Assembly: GCF_030028105.1 (NCBI RefSeq) | Contig: NC_092374.1 | Span: 178,522,057-178,586,056 of the forward strand | DNA: 64,000 nucleotides | From: Mobula birostris | Lineage: Eukaryota | Direction: 5' to 3' | Part shown: positions 52,420 through 62,960 of the stretch, in pieces | Position numbering within the stretch: position 1 is the first letter of the stretch | How the letters are laid out: the number at the start of each line of letters is the position of its first letter | Position numbers and translations under genes: made by a program | The notes under the pieces: model-generated | The model's database searches: none | What the model was told of the DNA's origin: nothing | Seen by the model: only the letters and a program-made list of their open reading frames with translations

Positions 52420-54950
52420 TTCTTTTTCAATCTCTTTATTAATTTCATAGAATATAAACATAACATAGTGTACGGGGTCTTTCTTTTGTTACATTTAAAA
52501 TGGCGACTTTGTTATGTTAATCTGGGGAATGCGGCTTTGTTGTGCTTTAACGCTGAAGAGAGTTTGCGCTAGCAGTTTGTTTTACTTTAAATTGAGATAG
52601 CAGCCTTCTATTAGCCAATGGGTGGTTACGTATCGTTTTGTTTTCGGATACCATGCTGTATTTGAATGACTGTGGACGGAGTTTTGACAGGGAGTCGGAG
52701 GAGAGACGAGGAGGACGGAGGAGAGACGGGGGTGTGGTCGGAGGAGAGATGGGGGGGTTGGAGGAGAGACGGGGAGGACAGCGGACGTGTGAAGAGGCTC
52801 CGGTCGATCATTCCGGGTGGTCCCGAGCCGTGAGTCGACTGAATTCGGGTGGTCGTCAGGAATCGATTGAGCTCCAACGATAGCGCACGAAGAACGTGGA
52901 CTTTGATAAGTGTTGGTGCCTTATTTTTCTATTACTTTCCTCTCTGTATCAAATGTATATTAATGTCATAGAATTAGTAATATCTATAAAGTGTACTTGT
53001 TAAAATTTACTGGGTGTGCTGGCTGATGATTGATGTTGTGATTGATTCGGGCGGCGACCAACCGTGTGGGGAGTGTTGAGGCGGGTGCTGGGCTGGATTT
53101 CCCCTAGACATACACGAGCTAATATAACTGAACGTTACAATAGCAATAATACAACATTGTTGGGAATACATTGTTATACTTAAGATGGGTAATTATAAAA
53201 CCAAAAAGTATTTCATTGACAAAATTCCCAATCATGTAGGATACCAATGAATAACACAGGACAAAAAAAATTATCTAAACAAAAATCATAAAAAAGGAAA
53301 AAAAATAAAAACAGACCTCCCCCCCCCAAAAAAAATAATCCAAACAGAATTAATCAACTAAACTAAAAAAGACATGGGCAAATTTAACAACGTAAAAATG
53401 GAAGAAAAGAAAACTTTAGTGTCGATGACTCCGTTCCTCTCAACCAACACTACAGAGAAGTAAAATAAGTTTGGAAATGGTCAAATTACATCATATGAAA
53501 ATGCTGAATAAATGGCCTCCAAGTTTTTTCAAATTTAATGGAAGGGTCATAAACCACACTTCTAATTTTTTCCAAATTTAAACACAACATGGTTTGTGAA
53601 AACCAGTGAAATACAGTAGGAGGGTTAATCTCTTTCCAATTCAGCAAAATGGATGTTCTAGCCATTGAACAAAGAAATGCAATCATCTGATGAGCTGAAG
53701 AGGTTAAATGATTTGAGTCTATCATTGGTAATCCAAAAATAGCAGTAATTGGGTGAGGTTGTAAAGTCTGTATTCAAAACCATTGAAATAATATCAAAAA
53801 TATCTTTCCAATATTTTTCCAACAAAGGACATGACCAAAACACGTGAGTTAAAGAAGCTATCTTGGAATGACATCAATCACATTTTGGATTAATATAAGA
53901 ATAATAACGAGATAGTTTATCTTTGGACATATGAGCCCTGTGCACTACTTTAAACTGTATCAACACATATAGAGAATGAATTAACCAATTGAAGAATTTT
54001 TCCCATTTTTCAATTGGTATAGTAATCTTAAATTCTCTTTCCCAATCAGTTTTACTTTCATTGGAAACATCAGGACATAAATTCATAATTAGGTTCTAAA
54101 TAATTGCTACAACACTTTTCTGAGAGAGATTTAGATCTAAAATTTTTTCCAAAATATCCGTTGGATATAAGTGTGGAAAATTAGGAGAAACAGTAATTAT
54201 AAAGTTTCTGATCTGCAGGTATCTAAAAAAGTGAGATCTGGGTAAATTATATTCATTGGAAAGTTGATCAAAGGACATGAAACAATTATCCAAAAATAAA
54301 TCACGAAAACGTACTATACCTTTGATTTTCCAATCAAAGTAACTTGGTCCATAGTGGAAGGTTGAAAAAGGAAATTAGATATAATAGGGCTTGCTAAAAT
54401 AAATTGATTGAACCCAAAAATCCTTTGGAATTGAAACCATATACATACAGTATGCTTAACTATTGGATTATTCATTTGTTTATACAATGTAGAAGAAATA
54501 AAAGGAAGCAAAGTTCCTAAAACCGAACCCAAAGAAGACCCTTGTAATGAATTACATACAAGATTTACCCAATGTGGACTTGAAGTTGCATCCAAATCTC
54601 GTAACCAAAATTTTAAGTATCGGATATTAATTGCCCAATAATAAAATCTAAAATTCGGGAGGGTGAGCCTCCCCTCTTTTTTAGATTTCTGTAAATACCT
54701 TTTACCTAGCCTAGGATTTTTTTTCTGCCATATATATGAGGAAATTTTTGAATCAACATTATCAAAAAAAGATTTTGGGGTAAAAATTGGAACCGATTGA
54801 AATACATATAGAAATTTAGGCAAAATAATCATCTTAATAGCATTAATCCGACCAATCAAAGACAAAGATGTTGGTGACCATTTAGTAAACAAGAGTTTAA
54901 TCTGATCAATTAAAGGTAAAAAATTAGCTTTAAATAAATCTCACCCTCCT
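52420..54950 (-). mobile_element. L1-type ORF2 3' fragment and 3' UTR
   Basis: SLIGRINAIKMIILPKFLY, LPNFRFYYWA, HMFWSCP, FEKTWRPF. Confidence 0.88.
52469..53139 (+). mobile_element. Solo LTR (671 bp) in the L1 3' UTR
   Basis: TGTA...TACA ends; TSD ATAG at 52465-52468 and 53140-53143; shares blocks with the 12031/42122 LTR family (aaaatggc, tgcgctagc, ttgataagtgt...gcc, tttccctaga). Confidence 0.87.
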
Positions 54951-55409
54951 CATTGGTCCGCATGCCTGTAATGGACCAAATGGCCTGTCTTTGTGTGGTC
55001 TGGCTATACGATGTTAAGAACTTTACTCTCATTCGTCAAAAATGATACTTGCTCGATTGTGACAATATCTTGACCAAATGTATGGTGTTTTCTCTGAATG
55101 TAGTCATTAACTGAGGAAACGCAGCTGCTAATCTGTAAACATCAAGATCCTTTGAAGTATTTTGTGATATCCTGTTTGGCTTTTGGTGACATTAGTTGAG
55201 AGCTCCTATGAATGTTGTGTGGGGGAGGTAACTCGCTAATTAGAGCCATGGTTTACCTGCAGAGGCAGACAGGGGCTCCACCTAACCTAACACCTTTCCC
55301 AATGCACTGTTCCCTCAGAGGCTTAAGTATCAAGCGGGGCAGAAATGTGACGATCTTTAGTGTGGGAGGTGAGCGTGTGACCCACAAAACCACAGCTGGG
55401 ACACCAATT

Positions 55410-55640
55410 CAAGATGGTTGGTGTAGCAGCTGGCAAAACTGTGAGATCGGGGGGTCAGCTTCCACTGCTGTCAGTAAGGAGTTTGTATGTTCTCCCCGTA
55501 ACCTTGTTACTTTCCTCCGGATGCTGTGCTTTGCCCCCATTGTCCAAAGATGTACGATTTAGGATTAGTGAGTTGTGGCCATGCTATGTGGACACTAGGA
55601 ATGCAGGAACACTTACCGGATGCTCAACAGCTGTTTTAAT
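55410..55640 (+). mobile_element. Elasmobranch-type SINE (HE1/V-SINE-like core); other copies near 3140, 22750, 31720, 41350-41700
   Basis: ggagtttgtatgttctccccgt...tttcctccggatgc...ccaaagatgt core. Confidence 0.6.
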
Positions 55641-58394
55641 TTGATGCAATCTGCATTCAAAGGTTCAAAAGGACATTTAATGTCAGAGAAATATTTCAAT
55701 ATACATCCTGAAATGCTTTTTCTTTACACCTATCCACGAAAACAGAGGAGTGCCCCAAAGAATGAACAACAGTTAAATGTCAGAACCCCAAAGTCCCCCT
55801 CAGCTCCCCTCCTTCCCGCACATCAGCGGCAGCAAGCAACAATCCCCCCTTCCCCCCACCGGCAAAAAAAAACATCTGCATCCACCACCGTGCACTCGAG
55901 CGTGAACAAGACAACAGTAAAGACAAAGACTTGCAGTGCAGTACTCCAAAGACTACATTGTTCACCCAGCATTTGACATACCACAGGCTCTCTCTCTCCC
56001 TAATAAAGGAGAAGTGCGGTCTCTGTTTCACGGCGAGAGGGGAGATATAACAAACAACTCGCTAGTTTACGACATTAAAAGTCCCGTTGCGTTTCATTTT
56101 TACGAGCTCTGAGCCCAAAGATATCAGGTCTCTGGGCACACAGCCGTAGATCTTCCGACTCTCCTGACGACACACGGATCTCCTGCCGTGACACCGACTT
56201 TCGATCCACTGCTCTCCAGAGCCCCGAGATCCTAGGCCTCTAAAGACAAGCTGAAATCTTAGGCTGGAGCCCTTGGCGTGCCGAACAGCGGCCAGTTGTG
56301 AAACCCGAGAGTGGGTCCCTCTCCCACAAAGAACCATAGTCAGCATGTAACTGCAGGTCAGAGTCTTCAAAAGGACCCTGAAAGGGAAAAATAAGAGATA
56401 TTAAAGATGGAAATACTGTAGAGCTGTTTCCGAAGAGGCAAACAAAGGAGTCACCGTTAGGCGCCATATTTTCCTATGTTTGAAAGTGTATGTGTAACCC
56501 AGGTTAATTAAACCCAAAGACGTAATGTTAGAAAGTTCCACCTGTGGAGGGATGAAAATGAAGTTTACCAAAGAGAACTTGAAAAAAAATGCTGTGCGAG
56601 AACAAGGCGTGGCTGACGCAGGCACGGAAGGAGAGAGAAACGCAGAAACGATTAGAAGCTGAAGACATTAACTGTTAAGAGTGGAATTATTAATGCATAG
56701 CTTTACCCTAGTAACTTGAAAATCTCAGGGTGAAACCCCTGCAGAAGAGACAATAGTGATCAAAGATTTATTGAAGCTACGGCTATAACATGCAGCAGCA
56801 AAAACGGGACAATATCAGCAGAGGCGAGTGTCCAAGATCTCTACCGTGTAACTGGACATTAGTTTTATAAAATCATACCAAGGGATTTGGTCAAGTTTTT
56901 GTGCAAGTTTGTGAATTGACTTGCCGTGGATGATAAACTATATTAGTCCAATGAGCCAAGAAAGAAGATGGTGAGCTACTCAAGATTCAATGAGCCAGCG
57001 CAGGAACGAAATGTGTAATGACGCAAAGGATTTAATATGGTTGGATGTGTAAATTCATTTTCATTCAAAGAATCCAAATTAGATTTTCTGAAAGAACTGA
57101 TTATTTACAAAGACTTTGATAAGTCGCTGAATGAGATTTACTTTGTTTAAAAGTTCTAAAGTTGCAGAATTACGAAAGGGATTAAACCGTATATATAATT
57201 TTTGAATTTCAGTTTAAACTTGTAGATACACTGGAACTGAAACTGAAGTTAATTATAATACTTAAAAATGGGAATTATGTTTGGTTTTCTAACTAACTAG
57301 GGATAAGTAAAAAGGAAAAGGTTGTCTGTAAACTTTTAAATAGGGAACTACACTAGATCTAATTAGTTCGAGAAATTAGAGTCATAAAGGAATCTCACTG
57401 ATTCTAATTAAAAAGGAATTTGTTTTGGTTTGATATCTGAATTTAGAACCTAAACAGAATGTTGGAATTTTGAATTGTTCTTGCTCATGTAAATAGTTTG
57501 TACATATTGTTGTTTTCTTATAAACAGAACTTATCTCCAGAAGTATGTGGTTTCTATTCACTGCCTCCTTCCGATACCTAGAAGCTTCTGATGGCCTACT
57601 AGCACCCAGTGTAGTACTATGTAATTTGATTTTCTCAACGAGTGCAGCGACTAGTTGCACACAATAAGACAGGTGCTACAGTGGTGTTACATATGTGGTA
57701 AATGAAGCTTCATTTTAAAAATATTTTATTTGCTTTATTCACTCATGGACGTGGATTCACAAAGTGAACCACTGTTTAGTTCCCCAACCCAAGATGTCCT
57801 TGAGAAGGTGGCTGGTTGCTGCCTTTTTGAACTGGTGCAGTACTCGAAGTGTGGATATATCCACAATGGTGTTCAGGTCCGGATAGTACTAAGTCTATGC
57901 TCTCTCAATTTTGGACAAGCCCTCAGTTAGTCAGTGTCAAGAGTGGTTGCTACATCCTCACAGCACAGAAGCAGGCACTTACACCCAACAGGTCCATGTC
58001 AGCCAAGATTACCATCCAACTTGGCTCATTTGACTCATATCCCTCTAAACATTTCCTATCTGTGTACCTATCCAAGCATCTTCAATAGTGATACCCAGGT
58101 TGCTCAATAGTTTGGAGGATTGGGACCCTTCATTTCCTGTCCCCACTGCAGTTGGGTTCTTCTATCCAGAGCTGCTTAGGATTTATACCTGGCTGATGCA
58201 GTGAGGCCTGTTTTAGTGTTGGTGGTTCCACGTGGATGGGGAGCCAATCACAGGGGTGAGGTGGGTGCCTAATTTGTGTGCCTGTGCATTAATTTGGGCA
58301 AGTGGAGAGTCTTCCACCAGAGTTTTGCCTTATAAATGGAGGGCATCCTTAGTTATTTTCTCACACTCCTCTCTCACTCTCTTCTTTTTTTCAG

Positions 58395-58643
58395 TCTCCC
58401 ACAGCTTGACATATTTCTACCTCCATTCGATAAACATTCCTGAGCTGCCATACATCTCCATGGTTGGGATGTTGGATGACCTGCAGATATGCTACTATGA
58501 CAGCACCATCCAGAGGGTAGAAGCCAAGCGACAGTGGATCATGGACGGCTTTTCAGCTAACGACTGGAAAAACCAGAAAGAGATCCCGGACGCAATTAAA
58601 AAGTTACTTCCTCCTAATCTGACTCCATTCGCCTCGATGCTTG
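58395..58643 (+). CDS. MHC class I-like gene B, alpha1 exon (249 nt)
   Basis: (V)SHSLTYFY...P....VGMLDDLQICYYDS...RQWI...W; acceptor TTTTTTTCAG|, donor |GTACGT, both phase 1. Confidence 0.93.
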
Positions 58644-60621
58644 GTACGTGTCTTTTGATTTCCGCTGTTCTTCGAGGCTCACAGTGACTTGCACACTGAA
58701 AACACGTTGACCTTTCAATGGACCAAAGTAGGTTGTATCAGTTTTAAAATTCCTATCCTTGGTTTCAAATCTTTCAAGGGTTATATGCCTTCCCGACATC
58801 CTCTAACACATATTTACCTTCAATTAAAAGCATTCCATCTGTATCCCACATTTGCAAGAGAAATTTTGCCCTTCAAAAAAAACTGAGAATCTATTTCTGA
58901 GAACCCAGTGCTCATTCCACACCGATCTCCTCCGAGAAATAATGAGAATCAGACCCACTGCCTCTCTGGCTTCGCACGGGTCAAGCAAACATAAGTTAAT
59001 ATAAAGTAAAATTCAAATATATTACGTGTAATTTGCATGTGTACAAAAACATAATGATACTTATGCAAATTGGGAGAAAAATCATGAGAAGTAATGTTGG
59101 GGTTTTTCAGCTTGGTTCAAGAACCTGATGGCAGTGGAGGGAAAGGTGCTAAACCTTGAGGTGTGGGTTTTCTGGCTACTGTAACTCATGCTTGATGGCA
59201 GCATGGGGAAGAGGACACGGCCCTGATGGTGGTTGTCCCTGCTGAAGAATGTCACCTTCACTGGTAAATGTCCTCCATCGGAGAGAGTTTCAATACTAGG
59301 ACGTGATTTCTATAAATTTGTCAGAGTTTTCAATGACATGCTGAATCTCCTTAGACTTCTAAGCAAAGATGTTGGTGTGCTACCTTCTCCACACACTGAT
59401 ATGCAGTACACAGTCCTTCATCATGACCCCTGCATTATATCATGCAATGATATACACTCTGTACAGATCACCCCCTCCACCAACAATATTCCACTGTGCC
59501 ACACTCTCATGCTCACGTTCATTACTGATCCTGTCATGTGTACCACACACTGCATGCAGAACACTGTGATCCCATGCTCTTTGCCATTGCTTTGTGTGCT
59601 TCATGGTAAATTGCTAAATTGATTTGTTATTGTCGTATCTGCTAAGGTCCAGTGAAAAACTTCGTTTTGCACACCATCTGTACATGTCATTTCGTTAACA
59701 CAGTACATTGAGGTGCAAGAGGAAGCAATAACAGAATGGAGAATGAATTGTTACAGTCATAGAGAAAGTGCAATGAAAGCAGACCATAAGGTGTAAAACC
59801 ATAATATGGGTGTTTGTGAGGTCAGGATTTCATATTATTGTACCAGGGGATTATACATAGACTGATAACAGCAGGATAAAAGCTGCCCTTGACCCCGGTG
59901 ATATATGTTTTCAGGCTTTTGTATCTTCTGCTCTATGGGATGGGGAAGAAGAGAGAATGTCATCGAACACAGAAGAGCGCAACAGTGTTGTGCTGAACCG
60001 GCTAAAAAGCTAATCAAAAACACCCAAACACTAATCTGTCCTACCTACACCACATCCATATACATCCATCCTCCTTATATCAATGTACCTATCCAAATGT
60101 CTCTTAAAGTCCTTTAATGTATTTGCCTCTACCACTGTACTAGGCATCCATGACTCTGAGTAAAGAAAAGACTTACCCCTCAGATCCGTCTTGAACCAAC
60201 ACCTCTCACCTTCTATGCATGTCCTCTGGTGTTAGACATTTCAACCCTGGGAAACGGATGCTCTCTAATCATGTCTCTGTTTAACCTCTATCAGAAGGTT
60301 GTCTTATCTTTTCATCCCCGTCCTTCTTTCTAACCAGGAACATACTTTTCCTGTACTCTAGAAATTGATATTTAAACACACTCCACATGTCTATTGTAGA
60401 TTTGCCAGAGAAAAAGTGTTCTCAATTAACGCTTCTTAGTACCTGCCTAATGCCCTTATAATTTGCCCCACCCCAATTTAAAGCTGGTGGATGGATGGGG
60501 TCTTTGATTTTGTTGTCTGATTTACTGAAGCAGCGAGAAATGTAGATAGAATGTGCGGAGGGGGGCGCTGTGTGTGCTGATCTGTGTCCATAACTTTCTG
60601 CAGTTTCTTGTGATCATGAGC

Positions 60622-60826
60622 CAACCAGTGGCCTAGTGGCATCAGCACTGAACTTCTGAGCGAAGGCTCCCGAGTTCGAATCCAGCCGTCTCCCTTGCAC
60701 GCTTTCCATTCATGCTGGGTTGAGCGTCGAGCTAGCAACTCGGCCTCTTTAAAAATAAGAAAGCCGGCTAAAAAAACACCATCATGACGGCGTCCCAGTG
60801 ACTCCACTCGGGCTTTCTTCTTCTTC
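60622..60826 (+). mobile_element. tRNA-derived SINE with (TTC)n tail and 17-bp TSD, in intron 2 of gene B
   Basis: A box TGGCCTAGTGG, B box GAGTTCGAATCC; TSD TTCTTGTGATCATGAGC at 60605-60621 and 60827-60843. Confidence 0.85.
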
Positions 60827-61049
60827 TTCTTGTGATCATGAGCAGACCTGATGCCATACCAAGCTGTGATGCCTATATTGTACATCAATAAGCATGACTG
60901 AGGGTCAAAGGGGACATGTCATATACTTCACCCTACTGAGACAGTGCACATTGTATTTACATGTTTAGCAAGACATTATGCAGGTGGGAATGGTTGAAGA
61001 ATTCGAATATTCAGCCACTAACACAGATTAACCTGTTGGTCCTTTCCAG

Positions 61050-61319
61050 GCATCAGATACATCCAGGGGCTTCTGGGCTGCACGCAGTCTGCAAATACAT
61101 TCAAAACCTTCCTCAAGATTGGCTGCCAAGATTTAGGAGAGCTCATTTGTGACTTCACTACCGGGAAGTGTATTACCACTGGTGTCCTGATGTTGGTCAA
61201 TGATTATCTTCAGCAAGTTAATATTGCTGATATTCCTGAAATTTATATGCTGAACAGTAGCTGCATCCAGTATTTGAAGAAAGGTCTTCGGCTTGGCAGA
61301 GAGGAGCTTGAAAGGCAAG
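61050..61319 (+). CDS. MHC class I-like gene B, alpha2 exon (270 nt; absent from the ORF track)
   Basis: Stop-free frame (G)IRYIQGLLGCTQSANTFKTFLKIGCQDLGELICDFTTGKCITTGVLMLVNDYLQQVNIADIPEIYMLNSSCIQYLKKGLRLGREELERQ. Keeps Q96, C101, C164 and the C..YL...L..G...L.R end pattern. Acceptor CCTTTCCAG|, donor AG|GCAAGT, both phase 1. Confidence 0.88.
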
Positions 61320-62104
61320 GCAAGTGGAACATCTGATTACATACTGTAAGCTCTGTGAGGGAACTCCTGCTTCAGACAATTGATGGACTTCTGATCTGAG
61401 ATGTTCAGGGGTGTCTTGACACAAATAGATGGGATCAGCCTGATTCTGAGTTTGTGAGAGAGTTTTTGATTCAGCACAATGAGGGGACTCACAATCAAAG
61501 TGACATGACCAAATTTGGTGAGCAGTGTTCTGGTCTAAGAAGATGAGAGAGGTCCCAATCTGCGACACTGGGGGATCTCCCAATTCTGAATGGTGAGCAA
61601 TGTCCTTATCTGGGGTGAAGGGTACCTCAACTGAAGGTGACTAATGATGTCCAAGTCAAGGATTGTGTTGGAACTTCTATTTAGACACAGTAACAGATCT
61701 CCCAATCCAGGACATTGAGGGCATCTCTTGATCAGGAATTTTGAAGGATCTCCCAATTAAGGCTGGTAAACCAAACTTAATTTGGGGTGATTATGGCATG
61801 ATCAATCTTGGAATATGAGGTAATATTGACTTGGGACTATGGGTGACATAAAGATTGGTAACGGTGGCTGTAACCTTGATCTAGGCCTGTCAGATGAATG
61901 AAAATTACTGCTGGCTATGGTCTGCATGGACTTGAGCTGAGGAGATGATTTCGGGCAGGATAGTGATTAATGGTGAGGTAGGTCCTGGTCTGAGGCAGTA
62001 AAGAGTAAGAATCCCACTCTTGGACACTGTAACTTCCATTTGTAATGGTAAGATAATATAAGTTTGTGTTGACTTAGTGACGTTAATTCTTCATTCTTCC
62101 CTAG

Positions 62105-62380
62105 TTGCTCCAGAGGTTCAGGTGTTGAAAAAGAGGCCAACAGCTACTGAGGGCGAGAGTCTGTCATGCATCATCACTCCCTTCTACCCCCGTGCTATCA
62201 ATGCCACTTGGCTGAAGAATGGACAGGTTGTCTCCAAGGGCTACGAGGTGACCGTGCTACCAAACTACAATGATACATACTGGATGGAACTAGTCATTGA
62301 GCTGCAGGATAATGATACGAACATCTATACCTGTCATGTCAAGCACAGCAGCCTGCCGGGGGCACTGATGGTGCAGGGAG
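62105..62380 (+). CDS. MHC class I-like gene B, alpha3 (Ig C1) exon (276 nt)
   Basis: (V)APEVQV...LSCIITPFYPRAINATWLKNG...LPN..DTY...YTCHVKHSSL; acceptor TTCCCTAG|, donor |GTAGGT, both phase 1. Confidence 0.95.
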
Positions 62381-62960
62381 GTAGGTCATCGTACGGTACA
62401 GAATTTGCTTCATTCTGTTGTGGTGGCTCATAAATTCATACAGTACTGAAGGAGGCCATTTGGCTCACCACATACATGCTGACCCTCTGGTGCCAGTCTA
62501 TTCCAACCAGTACTTGGTCTGTACTTCGGCCTTCTCTTCCTCGATGATTCAAGTGCTTGTCAGAATTATGATATGAAAATTGATCTTTTGCAACAGCAGT
62601 ACAGTGCAAAGACATAAAAGGCGTATGAGCTTAGAACATGGACCAACTCATGAAATTATGATACTGTAGCTATAGGTGAGATTTACTAGCTGGAGGGAAG
62701 ACTGCCAGCCCAAGGTGTGTGGATGAGAAGAGTATGTAGGTCTAGACCCAGGTGTGGATTGAAGGGAATAAGCAAAATGGCATTTTGACAGACTAGATGG
62801 GCCAAATGGACTGCTTCTGTGCTGTAGTGCTCCATGACTGAAAGATAACATAAATTATAAAATGAAGTAATTAGTGCAAAAATTGGAATAATGAGGTTGT
62901 GTTCATGGGTTCATGACTATTCATGAATGGTAGAAGAAAAGAAGATGTTTCTGATTAGTG

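Noticed and set aside
56460-57690. AT-rich segment possibly from a retroviral leader or LTR
   Set aside because: No ORF motif, PBS, clear termini or TSD could be identified by eye
60622-60700. tRNA gene
   Set aside because: A and B boxes are present, but there is no convincing cloverleaf, and it continues into a tail with a TSD, so it is a SINE
61330-62050. Recurrent GATCTCCCAAT words suggesting a duplicated exon or tandem repeat in the alpha2-alpha3 intron
   Set aside because: Spacing is irregular, and I found no MHC-like reading frame
225-62380. Head-to-head pair as W-category WA/WB (two-domain, class II-like) genes
   Set aside because: Gene B initially seemed to go from alpha1 straight to an Ig domain, but a full alpha2 exon was found at 61050-61319, giving a three-domain class I layout
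62077-62433. Ig C1 ORF as beta2-microglobulin or an Ig/TCR constant exon
   Set aside because: Its motifs (FYP..I...W.KNG, LPN..TY, YTCHVKHSSL) and its position after alpha2 fit class I alpha3
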